64,000 nt of DNA from an uncultured cyanobacterium (GTDB lineage: Bacteria > Cyanobacteriota > Cyanobacteriia > Leptolyngbyales > Leptolyngbyaceae): positions 1 to 64,000 of the forward strand of contig CAVYAN010000074.1 of NCBI GenBank assembly GCA_963766075.1, given 5' to 3'. The translations under genes were made by a program, and so were the position numbers. Below, piece by piece: positions 22,375 through 32,519 of this stretch (position 1 is its first letter; each line of letters opens with the position of its first letter). The notes beneath the pieces are model-generated. The model saw nothing but the letters and a program-made list of their open reading frames with translations. It was not told the origin of the DNA and searched no databases.

Positions 22375-22788
22375 ATGAAATCGTATTGGGCAATTCCGGC
22401 AGCATTGGTGATCGCCCTTGGCGGGGCGACGGCTGCCATCAGTCAAACTATCGCGATTGCAGCGGGCGCATCCGTCGTGGAACTTAGCGGGACGTCAGGC
22501 GGTAGCCGCACCGACGGCAGTTGTGCGGGCAACATTGCCCCTGCCGCCAACCATACCATCAACATTACTCAGGATATGAACCTACGCTTTACGCTGAAAG
22601 CCTCTGGGGGACAGCCCGCCCTACTCATTCGGAGTGCTTCCGGCCAGGACTTTTGTGTGCCTGCCGATAGCTATTCTGGCGGGCAGGTGGTGATTCCAGG
22701 GCGCTGGGCTAGGGGAAATTACTCGATTTTTGTGGGCGATCGCGCCAATGGCCGCCATGCATATACCCTGTCGATCTCTGGTAATTAG
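22375..22788 (+). CDS. Small secreted beta-sandwich (PPC-like) hypothetical protein
   Basis: Signal peptide; SCAGNIAPAANH...FCVPADS...GNYSIFVGD. Confidence 0.7.
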   Translation: MKSYWAIPAALVIALGGATAAISQTIAIAAGASVVELSGTSGGSRTDGSCAGNIAPAANHTINITQDMNLRFTLKASGGQPALLIRSASGQDFCVPADSYSGGQVVIPGRWARGNYSIFVGDRANGRHAYTLSISGN

Positions 22789-22826
22789 GCAATTTTCAAA
22801 AAATAATATGTTCGCTGGCGAGCGGA

Positions 22827-22876
22827 CTGAAGCTCTTCGCTGGCTGAGCGGAGCCGAAGCCAGCGAAGAGCTTCAG
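22827..22876 (+). repeat. Dispersed hairpin repeat, core CTGAGCGGAGCCGAAG with perfect 17-bp inverted arms
   Basis: CTGAAGCTCTTCGCTGG-core-CCAGCGAAGAGCTTCAG. Confidence 0.9.
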
Positions 22877-22941
22877 CCAGAGAGACGGCTTTTAGCTAAG
22901 AAAAATTCCTCAGCCAGGAAAAGGTTTCTTGCTGAGGAAAA

Positions 22942-22973
22942 ATTGCTCCCTGAGCGGAGCCGAAGGGAGCAAT
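22942..22973 (+). repeat. Dispersed hairpin repeat, same core, 8-bp arms
   Basis: ATTGCTCC-CTGAGCGGAGCCGAAG-GGAGCAAT. Confidence 0.9.
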
Positions 22974-23037
22974 CTTGTTCGGGAGAAGGAGCCTGCTGGC
23001 GGTATGGCCTAGGCTGAGAGGGGCCATGCCGATACAA

Positions 23038-25245
23038 TTAGACCGATACGATATAGGGCGAATTAATCGCCACGGCCCGACCCGCTTGCACCAGGGCCAA
23101 ATAGATCATGGTCGCCACATCCGCCCGACTGGCTGCACGATCCCCCAACAGCAATCGTTTGGAAGGATAGCTGACGACAATGCGGCGGGCCGTAGCCGCG
23201 GCAACTTGGGGGCGGCCATTCTGTGGGATGGTCGCCTGATCGTCGTACAGAGCCAGCACCGTTGGGTCGGCTGCGGGCAGGTTCAATCCACCCACCAAAG
23301 AATAGAGAATCTGAATCCGCAGAATATTTTGATTCGGCTGGAAGGTGCCATCGGGATTGCCCGAAATAAAGCCGCCGCGATAGGCTTGATCGATCGCCGC
23401 CTTGGCCCAAAAGTCTCCTGGCACGTCCGCAAAGGCGATCGCTTCTCGCCGAGACACTGGGTTGAATGCCTTGGCGACTACGGAGGCGTACTGGGCGCGG
23501 GTAATGGGGGCATCCGGCTGAAATGTGCCGTCTGCCATGCCGCGAATAAAGTTTTGACTGGCCATGGCCTGAATAAATTCTGCGGCCCAATGACCTTGGA
23601 TATCCGTAAAAGTGGGCAGGGTGGCCAGATCCGCATTGACGATGTACGGCGAGGCGATCGCCTCTAGGCGATTCAACGCCACCAAACTTTGGCAAATAAA
23701 CGCTGTGACTTCCGCCCGCGTAGCCTCTCGCATCGGCTCCAATTGGCTGACCTTGGGGTAGTTCACCACCATTCGCCGTTGGAGGGCTGTAGACACCTCA
23801 TCGGTGGCATAGTCAGGAATTTGGGCGCGATCGCTGAGCACCATTAAATTATCCGGGGGTCCCCCCAGCAGTCCTAGCCCACTGATCAAGGAGACGATCG
23901 CCTGGACGCGGGTCAGATTTTGATTCGGGCGGAAGGTGCCATCGGGAAACCCAGAAATAAACCCCATTTGGTAGGCTTTAGCAATAGCGGCCCCGGCCCA
24001 GAAGCCTGCCGGAATGTCGGCAAAGGCGATCGCAGGTCGTTTCAGCGGCAAATCAAAGGTCTTGGCCAGAATGGCGGCATACTGCGATCGGGTCATGGGC
24101 GCTTCTGGCTTAAATGTTCCATCAGGAAACCCGCTGATTAATCCTTGGTTGACGAGCCGATCAATAAAGCCAAAAGCCCAATGCCCGCGAATATCCGTCA
24201 AGCCTGTAGGCGGTGTCGGCTCTGGTGTGGGTTCCGGTGTGGGGATGGGGCCGGGATCAGGACTTGGTCCGGGGTCGGGAGTGGGAGTTGGGGTGGGTGG
24301 GGTGGTGGGTGGGGTGGTAGGCGGGGTCGTTGGGGGTGGGGTGGGCGAGGGTGGGGGCACTTCGTTAACCGCTAAGTCGATCGCCCCACTCACCTTGACC
24401 GGATTCACCTGATTGCCCACGGACAGCAGCGTCAGCGCGGTCCCGTTAAACACGTCGAACTGCGCATTATCCCGAAATACATTACCCCCGGGGTCCTGGG
24501 GCTTGCCCAAGTCGGGCACCGCCGTTTCCGTCACCACCAACCCATCTTCTGTATTCCGTTCCACCCGATTGTTCCGCAGCACGGGGCGGCTCTCGCGGTT
24601 GATTACAATTCCGGAACGGTTTTCCAGAACTTGATTGCCGCTCAGGAGCGGGGCTGCAGTATCTCCAACGGTGATGCCAAACCCCGTATTTTGGCAAACG
24701 TTTTGCCGCCATTCTCCTTTGGTATTCCGGGCGATCGTAATCCCATTGGCAGCATTTTGAGTGGCCACATTTCCGACGACTAAAGGGTTTGCCGTCCCTG
24801 TGGCAAAAATCCCTTCCCGCTTGCAGTTCACAAACGTGCAATTCATGATGGTAGGGTTCGTCGATTCAATCCAAACTCCCGTGCCCCGCGATTCATCATT
24901 GGTCACGGTCACGCCTCGGAGTTGGGCTTGGTTGTCCAACCGCAGGGTCATATTTTGCCCCGCAAAACTGGGGCTGACAAAACGGCCACTGCCCATAATC
25001 CGAATGCCGTTGCCTTTGCTGGCTTCGTTGCCCACAACCGTTACGCCGCTGGGCACCAGGAGCGGAAATGTTTCGCCACTGGCGGTGTTGTAGGTGCCGG
25101 GACTGAGTTGAATGGTTTCGCCCGACTTTGCCACTTGCAGGGCCTTGGCGATCGTCTTGAAAGGGGCCGCAGCCGTACCAGTGGCAAAGTCATTGCCCGA
25201 GGCGGGATTGACAAAAAATTTGGGGGTGGGAGCAGATTGAACCAT
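23038..25245 (-). CDS. DUF1565 beta-helix protein with PT-rich linker and two triplets of SLH domains
   Basis: FVNPASGND...PFKTIAKAL...GTYNTASGETFPL; SLH motifs TDIRGHWA...GFPDGTFKPEAPMTRSQYA repeated. Confidence 0.9.
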   Translation of the reverse strand: MVQSAPTPKFFVNPASGNDFATGTAAAPFKTIAKALQVAKSGETIQLSPGTYNTASGETFPLLVPSGVTVVGNEASKGNGIRIMGSGRFVSPSFAGQNMTLRLDNQAQLRGVTVTNDESRGTGVWIESTNPTIMNCTFVNCKREGIFATGTANPLVVGNVATQNAANGITIARNTKGEWRQNVCQNTGFGITVGDTAAPLLSGNQVLENRSGIVINRESRPVLRNNRVERNTEDGLVVTETAVPDLGKPQDPGGNVFRDNAQFDVFNGTALTLLSVGNQVNPVKVSGAIDLAVNEVPPPSPTPPPTTPPTTPPTTPPTPTPTPDPGPSPDPGPIPTPEPTPEPTPPTGLTDIRGHWAFGFIDRLVNQGLISGFPDGTFKPEAPMTRSQYAAILAKTFDLPLKRPAIAFADIPAGFWAGAAIAKAYQMGFISGFPDGTFRPNQNLTRVQAIVSLISGLGLLGGPPDNLMVLSDRAQIPDYATDEVSTALQRRMVVNYPKVSQLEPMREATRAEVTAFICQSLVALNRLEAIASPYIVNADLATLPTFTDIQGHWAAEFIQAMASQNFIRGMADGTFQPDAPITRAQYASVVAKAFNPVSRREAIAFADVPGDFWAKAAIDQAYRGGFISGNPDGTFQPNQNILRIQILYSLVGGLNLPAADPTVLALYDDQATIPQNGRPQVAAATARRIVVSYPSKRLLLGDRAASRADVATMIYLALVQAGRAVAINSPYIVSV

Positions 25246-25341
25246 AAATCCCTCGTTTTGTGGTTACCACGGTAGCATCTGGTTTGCTGGATGGGGATTG
25301 CCGTTAAGATTGAAGGGCATTTCGTGTCGGGAAGTTTACGA

Positions 25342-25674
25342 ATGGTTGCTTTTGTCTTAGTTGCCAATGCTCTGATTGGATGCCTATGCCTCTTTGCTGC
25401 CGTGAAAATTTGGCAGATGCGGGCGGGTTTGGTGCGGGCAACCGAAACGTTGATCTCTGTAGAACAAGCGGTGCACAACTGCCTCTATGGTGCGCCTACG
25501 GCGATTACAAAAGGACAAATGGGCGTTTACCAACTGCGGCAAAATTACCGACACCTCGAAATTCAGTTGCACCGCGCTGAGCAGGTTTTGGCGTTGTTGA
25601 GCATGGGCCGCATGCTCTGGCGACGGCAAGGATGGGGATCGCAGGTGCAGCGATCGGGACGGCGCATGTCCTAA
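25342..25674 (+). CDS. Hypothetical membrane-anchored protein
   Basis: N-terminal TM helix followed by an amphipathic helix; resembles small conserved cyanobacterial proteins. Confidence 0.65.
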   Translation: MVAFVLVANALIGCLCLFAAVKIWQMRAGLVRATETLISVEQAVHNCLYGAPTAITKGQMGVYQLRQNYRHLEIQLHRAEQVLALLSMGRMLWRRQGWGSQVQRSGRRMS

Positions 25675-25923
25675 TTGATGGCATCTTGATGGTAGCGGCC
25701 TTGCTCTCGGAACCATTGCCGGTCCAGATCCGGACACCCTGTCTTCCGTGAGAAATGGTAATCTTGGGAGAGACTGTCACAGGTGTTGCGTAATTCTACG
25801 AATTTTTTGTTTAGGATGGCGTTATCCTGTGCTGGATAGTTTGCAGTGGGTTGGGGCGATCGCCCTGACTATGTCCTGAGGTGATTTCCATGAAGAAATT
25901 TACCGACCGAGATGGCTCTTTGA

Positions 25924-25957
25924 GATTGTTCTCTGAGCGGAGTCGAAGAGAACAATC
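25924..25957 (+). repeat. Dispersed hairpin repeat, core CTGAGCGGAGTCGAAG, 9-bp arms
   Basis: GATTGTTCT-core-AGAACAATC. Confidence 0.9.
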
Positions 25958-26158
25958 CTTTTGGGTCGGCCCTGCGGGAAGCGGGCTATAGCTCTGCCGA
26001 GTCAGCGGGGATACGCGGGCAAGTTTCTTTGGAATTTGCCTGCGTCCTACGATTCTGTTGAGTTCCCGGCAATGACAAGCTCTGTTGACAAAAAGATTTC
26101 CGTAACATTTGCCTGTGATACTTTCAAGCCCGTAATGTTTTCAAGATGGAACTGAGCA

Positions 26159-26521
26159 ATGTCAGGTAATCGATCAGGGTCAGATAATCGATCAGGATTT
26201 TGGGGCGGATTGGTTGTAGGGGCAGCCTTGGGCGCACTGGCGGGTGTGTTGGCGGCTCCCCGGACGGGGCGGGAAACCCGTCGGATCCTCAAAAAGTCTG
26301 CTGATGCCCTGCCGGAACTGGCTGAAGACCTCTCCTCTACGGTGCAGTTTCAGGCCGATCGGCTGTCGGAATCGGCATTACGGAATTGGGATGGGACGTT
26401 GGGTCGGCTGCGGGAGGCGATCGCCGCCGGAATGGAAGCGACTCAGCGCGATATCTCCGAGCCTAAGGAGACTGAGCGGGCTCCCGATGTGCATTCATCT
26501 ACCCCTGACCCCCGACTTTAA
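26159..26521 (+). CDS. YtxH domain-containing protein
   Basis: GFWGGLVVGAALGALAGVLAAPRTGRETR. Confidence 0.88.
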   Translation: MSGNRSGSDNRSGFWGGLVVGAALGALAGVLAAPRTGRETRRILKKSADALPELAEDLSSTVQFQADRLSESALRNWDGTLGRLREAIAAGMEATQRDISEPKETERAPDVHSSTPDPRL

Positions 26522-26523
26522 GC

Positions 26524-27165
26524 ATGACTGATCCTCTTCTTTGGCTAGTCCTGTCACTCCTGTTCGTTACTGCTAGTCTAACGATTGCGCTGGTGGTGGC
26601 GATTCCCGCTCTGAAGGAACTTGCCCGTGCCGCCCGCAGTGCTGACAAGCTGTTTGAAACCCTGCGCCGGGAGTTTCCCCCGACTTTGCAGGCGATTCGC
26701 ACCATGGGCATAGAAGTGAGTGACCTAACGGACGATGTCAGTCAAGGGGTTCAGAGTGCCGGTAATGTGGTCAAGCAGGTGGATGAAAGCCTGACAACGG
26801 CGCGTAAGCAGGCCCAAAAGGTGAATTCCAGTACCCGTAGCCTGCTGGTCGGGGTGAAGGCAGCATGGCGCACCTTTACGAAGCCGCCAAAATCGGTGGC
26901 CGCTCGCCGGGTGCCGGATCGATTGCCGCCTGGGCTGCCTCGCCCCGAGATGACGCCGAGCAGTTCCGTGCCGATCCCTGAACCTCGGGTGAGCGATCGC
27001 GCACTGCCGGAAACGGCCCACGCGCTGCCGTCGGAACCGGAATCTCAGCCTACTGATCTGCACTGGACCAGCCGCAATGGCGCGGGTCCGCCGATCTATC
27101 CCCCTAGTTCCGGTAGGCTCCCCAGTCCCGGTAGGGTGGAGTTGCCGGGGAGCGAGAGGCATTGA
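26524..27165 (+). CDS. DUF948-like membrane-anchored coiled-coil protein
   Basis: MTDPLLWLVLSLLFV...ELARAARSADKLFETLRREFPPTL; directly after YtxH. Confidence 0.78.
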   Translation: MTDPLLWLVLSLLFVTASLTIALVVAIPALKELARAARSADKLFETLRREFPPTLQAIRTMGIEVSDLTDDVSQGVQSAGNVVKQVDESLTTARKQAQKVNSSTRSLLVGVKAAWRTFTKPPKSVAARRVPDRLPPGLPRPEMTPSSSVPIPEPRVSDRALPETAHALPSEPESQPTDLHWTSRNGAGPPIYPPSSGRLPSPGRVELPGSERH

Positions 27166-27303
27166 GCGTGCCCTGGGTTTGTGTGTGGCATCACCTGATT
27201 CAGCTCTGGTGCCCGTAGTATTCTTCTGTTGTCGTGGTATTCCGTAGGGGCATCCTAGTCGCGTGTAGATCAAGATCGACCCCATTTCTCCGTGAGGCAA
27301 CCC

Positions 27304-27906
27304 ATGCGTCATTCTGAAACCAGCTCACCTGAAACCGGAAAAGCGATCGCGCAAGAATTGAAGACCCAGTTCGTTGTGCTTGTGGGCCTTGTAGCGATTA
27401 TGTGGGCCGTGGAAATTTTTGATCAGGGCATTATGCGATCGGTCTTTCGCAGCACCCTGGATATTTATGGCATCATTCCCCGCAATCCGATAGGTCTGCG
27501 CGGTATTTTATTCGCGCCCTTTTTGCACGGCAGTTTTATCCATTTGCTCGGCAATACCTTTCCATTTTTGGTGCTGGGTTGGCTAATTATGCTGCGAGAG
27601 ACGCGGGACTTTTTCGTGGTCAGTGGAGTATCCGCATTGGTGAGTGGCGCGGGGACCTGGCTGTTTGGCTCCCCCGGCGTGCACATTGGGGCCAGCGGGG
27701 TGATTTTTGGCTACCTGGGTTATTTGCTGTTGCGGGGCTACTTTGAGCGGAGCGCCTTGGCGATTGCCCTGTCCCTGGGGGTCGGCACCCTATTTGGGAG
27801 TCTTCTCTGGGGGGTACTGCCCCTGCAATACGGCATTTCCTGGGAAGGTCACCTGTTTGGGTTCATCGGCGGGGCGATCGCTGCGAAGATGTTAGCAAAG
27901 CGATAA
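27304..27906 (+). CDS. Rhomboid-family intramembrane serine protease
   Basis: FLHGSFIHLLGN, GASG, SWEGHLFG. Confidence 0.93.
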   Translation: MRHSETSSPETGKAIAQELKTQFVVLVGLVAIMWAVEIFDQGIMRSVFRSTLDIYGIIPRNPIGLRGILFAPFLHGSFIHLLGNTFPFLVLGWLIMLRETRDFFVVSGVSALVSGAGTWLFGSPGVHIGASGVIFGYLGYLLLRGYFERSALAIALSLGVGTLFGSLLWGVLPLQYGISWEGHLFGFIGGAIAAKMLAKR

Positions 27907-27930
27907 CCAGCGTTTGAACCCGGAGTGACT

Positions 27931-28758
27931 ATGCAGAACAACATCGCGATTATTGGCTGTGGCTATGTTGGGCGGGCCGTAGCACGGTACTGGCAGCCCA
28001 GCTTGACCGTGACAGCGACCACCACCCAGCCGATGAAGGTGGCTGAATTGATGGCGATCTGTCCGCAGGTCGTGGTCCTTGACGGGAATGACGAGGCCGC
28101 CCTCCGCTCCCTGCTGACAGGCCAAAACACCCTGCTGCTCAGTGTCGGTGCGCCCCACCCCGATGCCTACGAGGCTACCTATCTGGGGGTTGCCAAAACT
28201 TTGGTGTCGGTATTGCCCGATGTGCCTACGGTGCAGCAGGTGATCTACACCAGCAGCTATGCGGTCTATGGGGATTACGGGGGGCAATGGGTGGACGAAT
28301 CAACCCCGCTACGCCCAGGAAGCCCCAAGCAGGAAATCTTGGCGGCAGCGGAACAGGTCTTGCTCAGTGCCGCTAGCCCCACCCGCAAAATGTGTGTGTT
28401 TCGCTTGGGTGGAATCTATGGTCCCGGACGGGAGTTGGTTAAGATTTTTCGGCGGGCGGCGGGCACAACCCGACCCGGCACGGGCAACGAACCGGGCAAT
28501 TGGGTGCATTTGGATGACATTGTGGGGACGATCGCCTTTGCCCAAGCCCATGGCCTAGAGGGGATTTACAATCTGGTCAGCGAACCGATGCCCAATCGGG
28601 AACTTCTGGATCGCGTTTGCACGGCCCATCACCTGCCACCGATTCGCTGGGATCCCCACCAGCCCAGTCCCAAATCCTACAACGCCAAAGTCATGAACCA
28701 AAAGCTGCGTTCTGCAGGATACGAATTTTTGCATCCCGTGATCGATGAAACGATGTAA
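27931..28758 (+). CDS. NAD-dependent epimerase/dehydratase (atypical SDR)
   Basis: IIGCGYVG, YTSSYAVYG, RLGGIYGPGR, VHLDDI. Confidence 0.88.
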   Translation: MQNNIAIIGCGYVGRAVARYWQPSLTVTATTTQPMKVAELMAICPQVVVLDGNDEAALRSLLTGQNTLLLSVGAPHPDAYEATYLGVAKTLVSVLPDVPTVQQVIYTSSYAVYGDYGGQWVDESTPLRPGSPKQEILAAAEQVLLSAASPTRKMCVFRLGGIYGPGRELVKIFRRAAGTTRPGTGNEPGNWVHLDDIVGTIAFAQAHGLEGIYNLVSEPMPNRELLDRVCTAHHLPPIRWDPHQPSPKSYNAKVMNQKLRSAGYEFLHPVIDETM

Positions 28759-28796
28759 TCTATACTGCACCTTTGCCGTCATCCCGCGTTGCTCTA

Positions 28797-29828
28797 ATGA
28801 CTACGACTCTGCCTCAAACCGATCTAGCCCAAACGGATCTGATCAAGCCTGATCGCGCTGATTTGACCAAAGCTGATCTGACTAAAGCTGATCTGACCAA
28901 AACGGATCGCATTGCTGCTATCTACCACCAGCCCCTGCCTGATTTGCTGTTTGACGCCCAGTGCGCCCATCGAGAACATCACGATCCGCGCGCTGTGCAG
29001 TTGTGTACTCTGTGCAACATCAAAGCGGGAGCCTGTCCCGAAGATTGTGGTTACTGTTCGCAAAGCGTTCATAACGCGAGTGGGCTAAAGCCAGAGCCGC
29101 TAATGGATGTGGAGGCGGTACTGACGGAGGCGCGGGCCGCGAAGGCGAACGGTTCAACGCGATTTTGTATGGGGGCGGCATGGCGTGAGGTCAAGGATGG
29201 GCCGCAGTTTGAGCGGGTACTAAGCATGGTGGAACAGGTCGCGGCCTTGGACATGGAGGTGTGCTGCACCCTGGGCATGCTGCAACCACACCAAGCCCAG
29301 CGGCTGAAGGCGGCGGGGTTGACGGCCTACAATCACAATCTGGACACTTCGCCGGAGTATTACCCCCAGGTGATTACGACACGGACCTATGGCGATCGCC
29401 TTAACACGATCAAGGCAGTTAGTGACGCGGGCATTTCGGTGTGCTGTGGCGGCATTTTGGGCATGGGCGAATCGGTGCAGGATCGGCTGGAATTGCTGGC
29501 CTCCCTAGCCAGTCTAGAACCCGCTCCCGAATCGATTCCAATCAATTGCCTGATGCCGATGGCAGGTACTCCCCTATCGGAGGCGACTCCCGTTGATCCG
29601 ATTGATTTGGTGCGAATGGTGGCCACGACACGGATTTTATTTCCCCAGGCCATCGTGCGTCTGTCGGCAGGCCGGGTGCGGATGAGTGATGAGTTGCAGG
29701 CGCTCTGTTTTATGGCGGGGGCCAATTCTATCTTTACGGGTGCGGTGCTGCTGACAGCAGCCAATCCGGGCGAAGATGCCGACCAGCAGTTGCTGAATCG
29801 CCTGGGCATGGTGCCAAGAGAATACTAG
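28797..29828 (+). CDS. bioB: Biotin synthase
   Basis: CPEDCGYCSQS radical SAM motif, RFCMGAAWR, YNHNLDT, RLSAGR. N-terminal (ADLTK)x3 repeat at 28857-28901. Confidence 0.96.
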   Translation: MTTTLPQTDLAQTDLIKPDRADLTKADLTKADLTKTDRIAAIYHQPLPDLLFDAQCAHREHHDPRAVQLCTLCNIKAGACPEDCGYCSQSVHNASGLKPEPLMDVEAVLTEARAAKANGSTRFCMGAAWREVKDGPQFERVLSMVEQVAALDMEVCCTLGMLQPHQAQRLKAAGLTAYNHNLDTSPEYYPQVITTRTYGDRLNTIKAVSDAGISVCCGGILGMGESVQDRLELLASLASLEPAPESIPINCLMPMAGTPLSEATPVDPIDLVRMVATTRILFPQAIVRLSAGRVRMSDELQALCFMAGANSIFTGAVLLTAANPGEDADQQLLNRLGMVPREY

Positions 29829-29858
29829 AGCGATTTCCATGCAAGATTCTCCCGAGTG

Positions 29859-29894
29859 AAATCGCTCCCTGAGCGGAGTCGAAGGGAGCGATTT
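29859..29894 (+). repeat. Dispersed hairpin repeat, core CTGAGCGGAGTCGAAG, 10-bp arms; may act as the bioB terminator
   Basis: AAATCGCTCC-core-GGAGCGATTT followed by T residues. Confidence 0.88.
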
Positions 29895-30011
29895 TTGCTC
29901 CGATTCGGGGCTATGAGCCTGTGGATAGATTATTTTTTGGAAATGGCGTGGGTCGCTTTAGCCTGAGCGTAACCAGATCGTGGGTGCAATAGGTTTTAAA
30001 TTAACAAACTA

Positions 30012-30713
30012 ATGCATCGATTTTTGACCGTTCTATTGTTGAGTACGCAAGTAACTTGTATTGGATTACTCTGGTTCAGTTGCTTTCCGGGGGCATTAGT
30101 CGATGCCTCGATTCCATTTTTCTTGCTGATGTTTCTCCTGGTCGCCCATCCCCTTGGCATCCTCATCGGACTAATTCTGCCCGCAGTCGGGCTGGCGATT
30201 TGGATGCGATCCCATTACCAGCGGGATCGCGAGCCGCCCAAGTCCCCGTCCAGATCCCTGCCTAGCGGTTCGCCTAGCGATCTACCTAGAGGCCGATCGC
30301 CCCGCCGCCCATTAGACCGCGCCCTCAAACGGCGGGCGATCGCCACGCTCGGGGCTATTTTTCTGACCTCAGTGTTGATCCGGACCAATCTGCCACAGGT
30401 CTTAGCCTTTTCGATTTCCCGTCCGGCGTTTGAAGTCCTTTTAGCGGATCCGGTCAAGCTAGAAGACCTATGCGGACAAAGGCTACCGCAACAAGTGGGC
30501 CTATATTTTGTGATGGAGTGCGATCGCGATCCCCGAGGTGGGGTTTATTTTTCGACAGGTTCACACGGCTTTCTGTTTGATTCCGATACCTATGGGTTTG
30601 TCTATCAGCCCAATGCGCACGGCAGTCAGCGGTTTGGAGAAGATCCCTACGAATACTATCCAGTGGTGGATGGCTGGTACTGGTTTCGGGCGGGGAGAGA
30701 CTGGTTTGGCTAA
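30012..30713 (+). CDS. Hypothetical membrane protein
   Basis: Three hydrophobic segments and a C-terminal soluble domain (DPRGGVYF...YGFVYQPN...GWYWF). Confidence 0.7.
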   Translation: MHRFLTVLLLSTQVTCIGLLWFSCFPGALVDASIPFFLLMFLLVAHPLGILIGLILPAVGLAIWMRSHYQRDREPPKSPSRSLPSGSPSDLPRGRSPRRPLDRALKRRAIATLGAIFLTSVLIRTNLPQVLAFSISRPAFEVLLADPVKLEDLCGQRLPQQVGLYFVMECDRDPRGGVYFSTGSHGFLFDSDTYGFVYQPNAHGSQRFGEDPYEYYPVVDGWYWFRAGRDWFG

Positions 30714-30721
30714 GGGCATTA

Positions 30722-31204
30722 ATCATGGGTAAAGAACGGAAATCCCAGCGTATCGGCGGCGAGATGACATTTGATGCATTGGTAGCCTTGTAGTAACAAA
30801 AGCCTTTGGAGGCAAGGCTAGCGTTGCCGGTGTTTTTAACCGACTGGGAGTCAATCAGGATTAAAGGGGTCCACTTCGGTTTTTTTCGCTTGTTCACGGA
30901 CTTGGTGGTGCAGCTCGTCCATCATTCGGTCTAAGTCTCCCGCCGCTCGCCATTGCTTATAGTGCCAATACACGGTGGAGGAAGGCGGTAAGTCTGTGGA
31001 TAAATCACCCCAATTACAACCCCTTTTGAGTTGGTATAAGACTCCGTCGAGAATCTGGCGCTTGCTGCACACCAGCGGTCTTGTCTTCTTTTTTTGGGGC
31101 AGAAGGGGCTCAATAATGGTCCATTCTGCGTCACTCAGGCTGCTAGGATATGCCATTTCTCTCTACTTTAGTCCGCAATCCTCAAAGATCCCAAATGGGT
31201 TCTA
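30722..31204 (-). mobile_element. Truncated IS5-family element (transposase pseudogene)
   Basis: MAYPSSLSDAEWTIIEPLLP...STVYWHYKQW; A7 run at the ORF-A/ORF-B junction; IDSQSVKNT DDE segment; coding breaks off after DTLGFPFFTH. Left end TAGAACCCATTTGGGATC; no right end found. Confidence 0.88.
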
Positions 31205-31427
31205 ATAAGGGTAAGGCGCTCGCGGCCTGAATGGTGTGTAGACTTCCGCCGAAGGCTACTAGACACGCGCAGCGGCTCAGCGACCTGTTTGTTTTTACTG
31301 CAAGCAGGCCACTCTCGGTTAGGATGGCGATAGATTTTTGGCTACAGGAGAATCAGTCGAGACTGCTCTGCCCCAGTGAATCCGCCTTTCCGATGATCCG
31401 ACCCCATTGATAACGCAAGAGTGGACT

Positions 31428-32504
31428 ATGTCTATCAAGAAAATTCTGTCCTATGTGCTGCTGATTTTTGTGCCCATTTCCATTGCCGCCGAATATTTGC
31501 ACTGGGGCACGATGCCCGTATTTGTGACGTCGGCGATCGCGATCGTGCCCCTAGCCATTTGGCTGAGTACGGCGACGGAAGAGGTGGCGGTGGTAACGGG
31601 ACCGGCGATCGGCGGATTGCTCAACGCGGTGTTTGGCAATGCCACCGAATTGATTATCGCCCTGGTCGCCCTCAAGGCGGGATTGATTGATATTGTCAAA
31701 GCCAGCATCACGGGATCGATTATTAGCAACTTGCTGCTGGCGATGGGGCTTTCGATGTTTTTGGGGGGCCTGCGGTTCAAGGAGCAGGAGTTTAAGCCGA
31801 TCGTGGCGCGGGTGAATGGCACGTCCATGACCCTGGCGGTGATTGCGATTTTGCTGCCGACGATGGCCTTCTATGCCTCGGGTCAAGTGGAGACGTTGCC
31901 CGTAGAGGAACTTTCGATGACGGTGGCGGTGGTGCTGATCGTCGTCTATGTCATGACGCTGATTTTCTCGTTGAAGACCCACAGCTACCTGTATGAAGTC
32001 AGTGTCAGCGAATTGGAGGAAGAGACCCACGATGGCCACAAACCCAATTTGGCGCTGTGGGTGGGGATTTTGCTGACGGCGACGGTGGCGGTGGCCTTTG
32101 AGTCGGAGATTTTTGTGGGGGTGGTGGAAGAGGCAACCCAGGGTTTGGGCTTTACGGCGCTGTTTACCGGGGTGATTTTGCTGCCAGTGGTGGGGGGCGT
32201 GTCGGAGTACTTTACCGCCGTGGGGGTGGCGCTGAAGAACAATATGGATTTGTCGGTGTCGGTGGCGATGGGGGCGAGTTTGCTGGTGGCGCTGTTGATG
32301 GCCCCGATGCTGGTGCTGGTGGGGCAGGCGATCGGCCAGCCGATGGATTTGAGTTTTAACCCGTTTGAGGTGGTGGCCGTGGCCGTGGCCGTGGTGGTGG
32401 CGAATTTGATTAGTTTGGATGGGCGATCGAATTGGCTGGAAGGGGTTTTGCTGTTGGCGACCTATGTGATTTTGGGCGCGGCGTTTTATTTCCAGGCGGC
32501 TTAA
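31428..32504 (+). CDS. cax: Ca2+/H+ exchanger
   Basis: LLNAVFGNATELII, GSIISNLLL, LKTHSYLY, NNMDLS, DGRSNWLEG. Confidence 0.94.
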   Translation: MSIKKILSYVLLIFVPISIAAEYLHWGTMPVFVTSAIAIVPLAIWLSTATEEVAVVTGPAIGGLLNAVFGNATELIIALVALKAGLIDIVKASITGSIISNLLLAMGLSMFLGGLRFKEQEFKPIVARVNGTSMTLAVIAILLPTMAFYASGQVETLPVEELSMTVAVVLIVVYVMTLIFSLKTHSYLYEVSVSELEEETHDGHKPNLALWVGILLTATVAVAFESEIFVGVVEEATQGLGFTALFTGVILLPVVGGVSEYFTAVGVALKNNMDLSVSVAMGASLLVALLMAPMLVLVGQAIGQPMDLSFNPFEVVAVAVAVVVANLISLDGRSNWLEGVLLLATYVILGAAFYFQAA

Positions 32505-32519
32505 GGACAGAGCCTTGCG

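Noticed and set aside
22811..22990. Possible mini-CRISPR array from the repeated GAGCGGAGCCGAAG
   Set aside because: Core is only 16 nt, spacing is irregular, flanks are inverted arms, and no cas genes are present.
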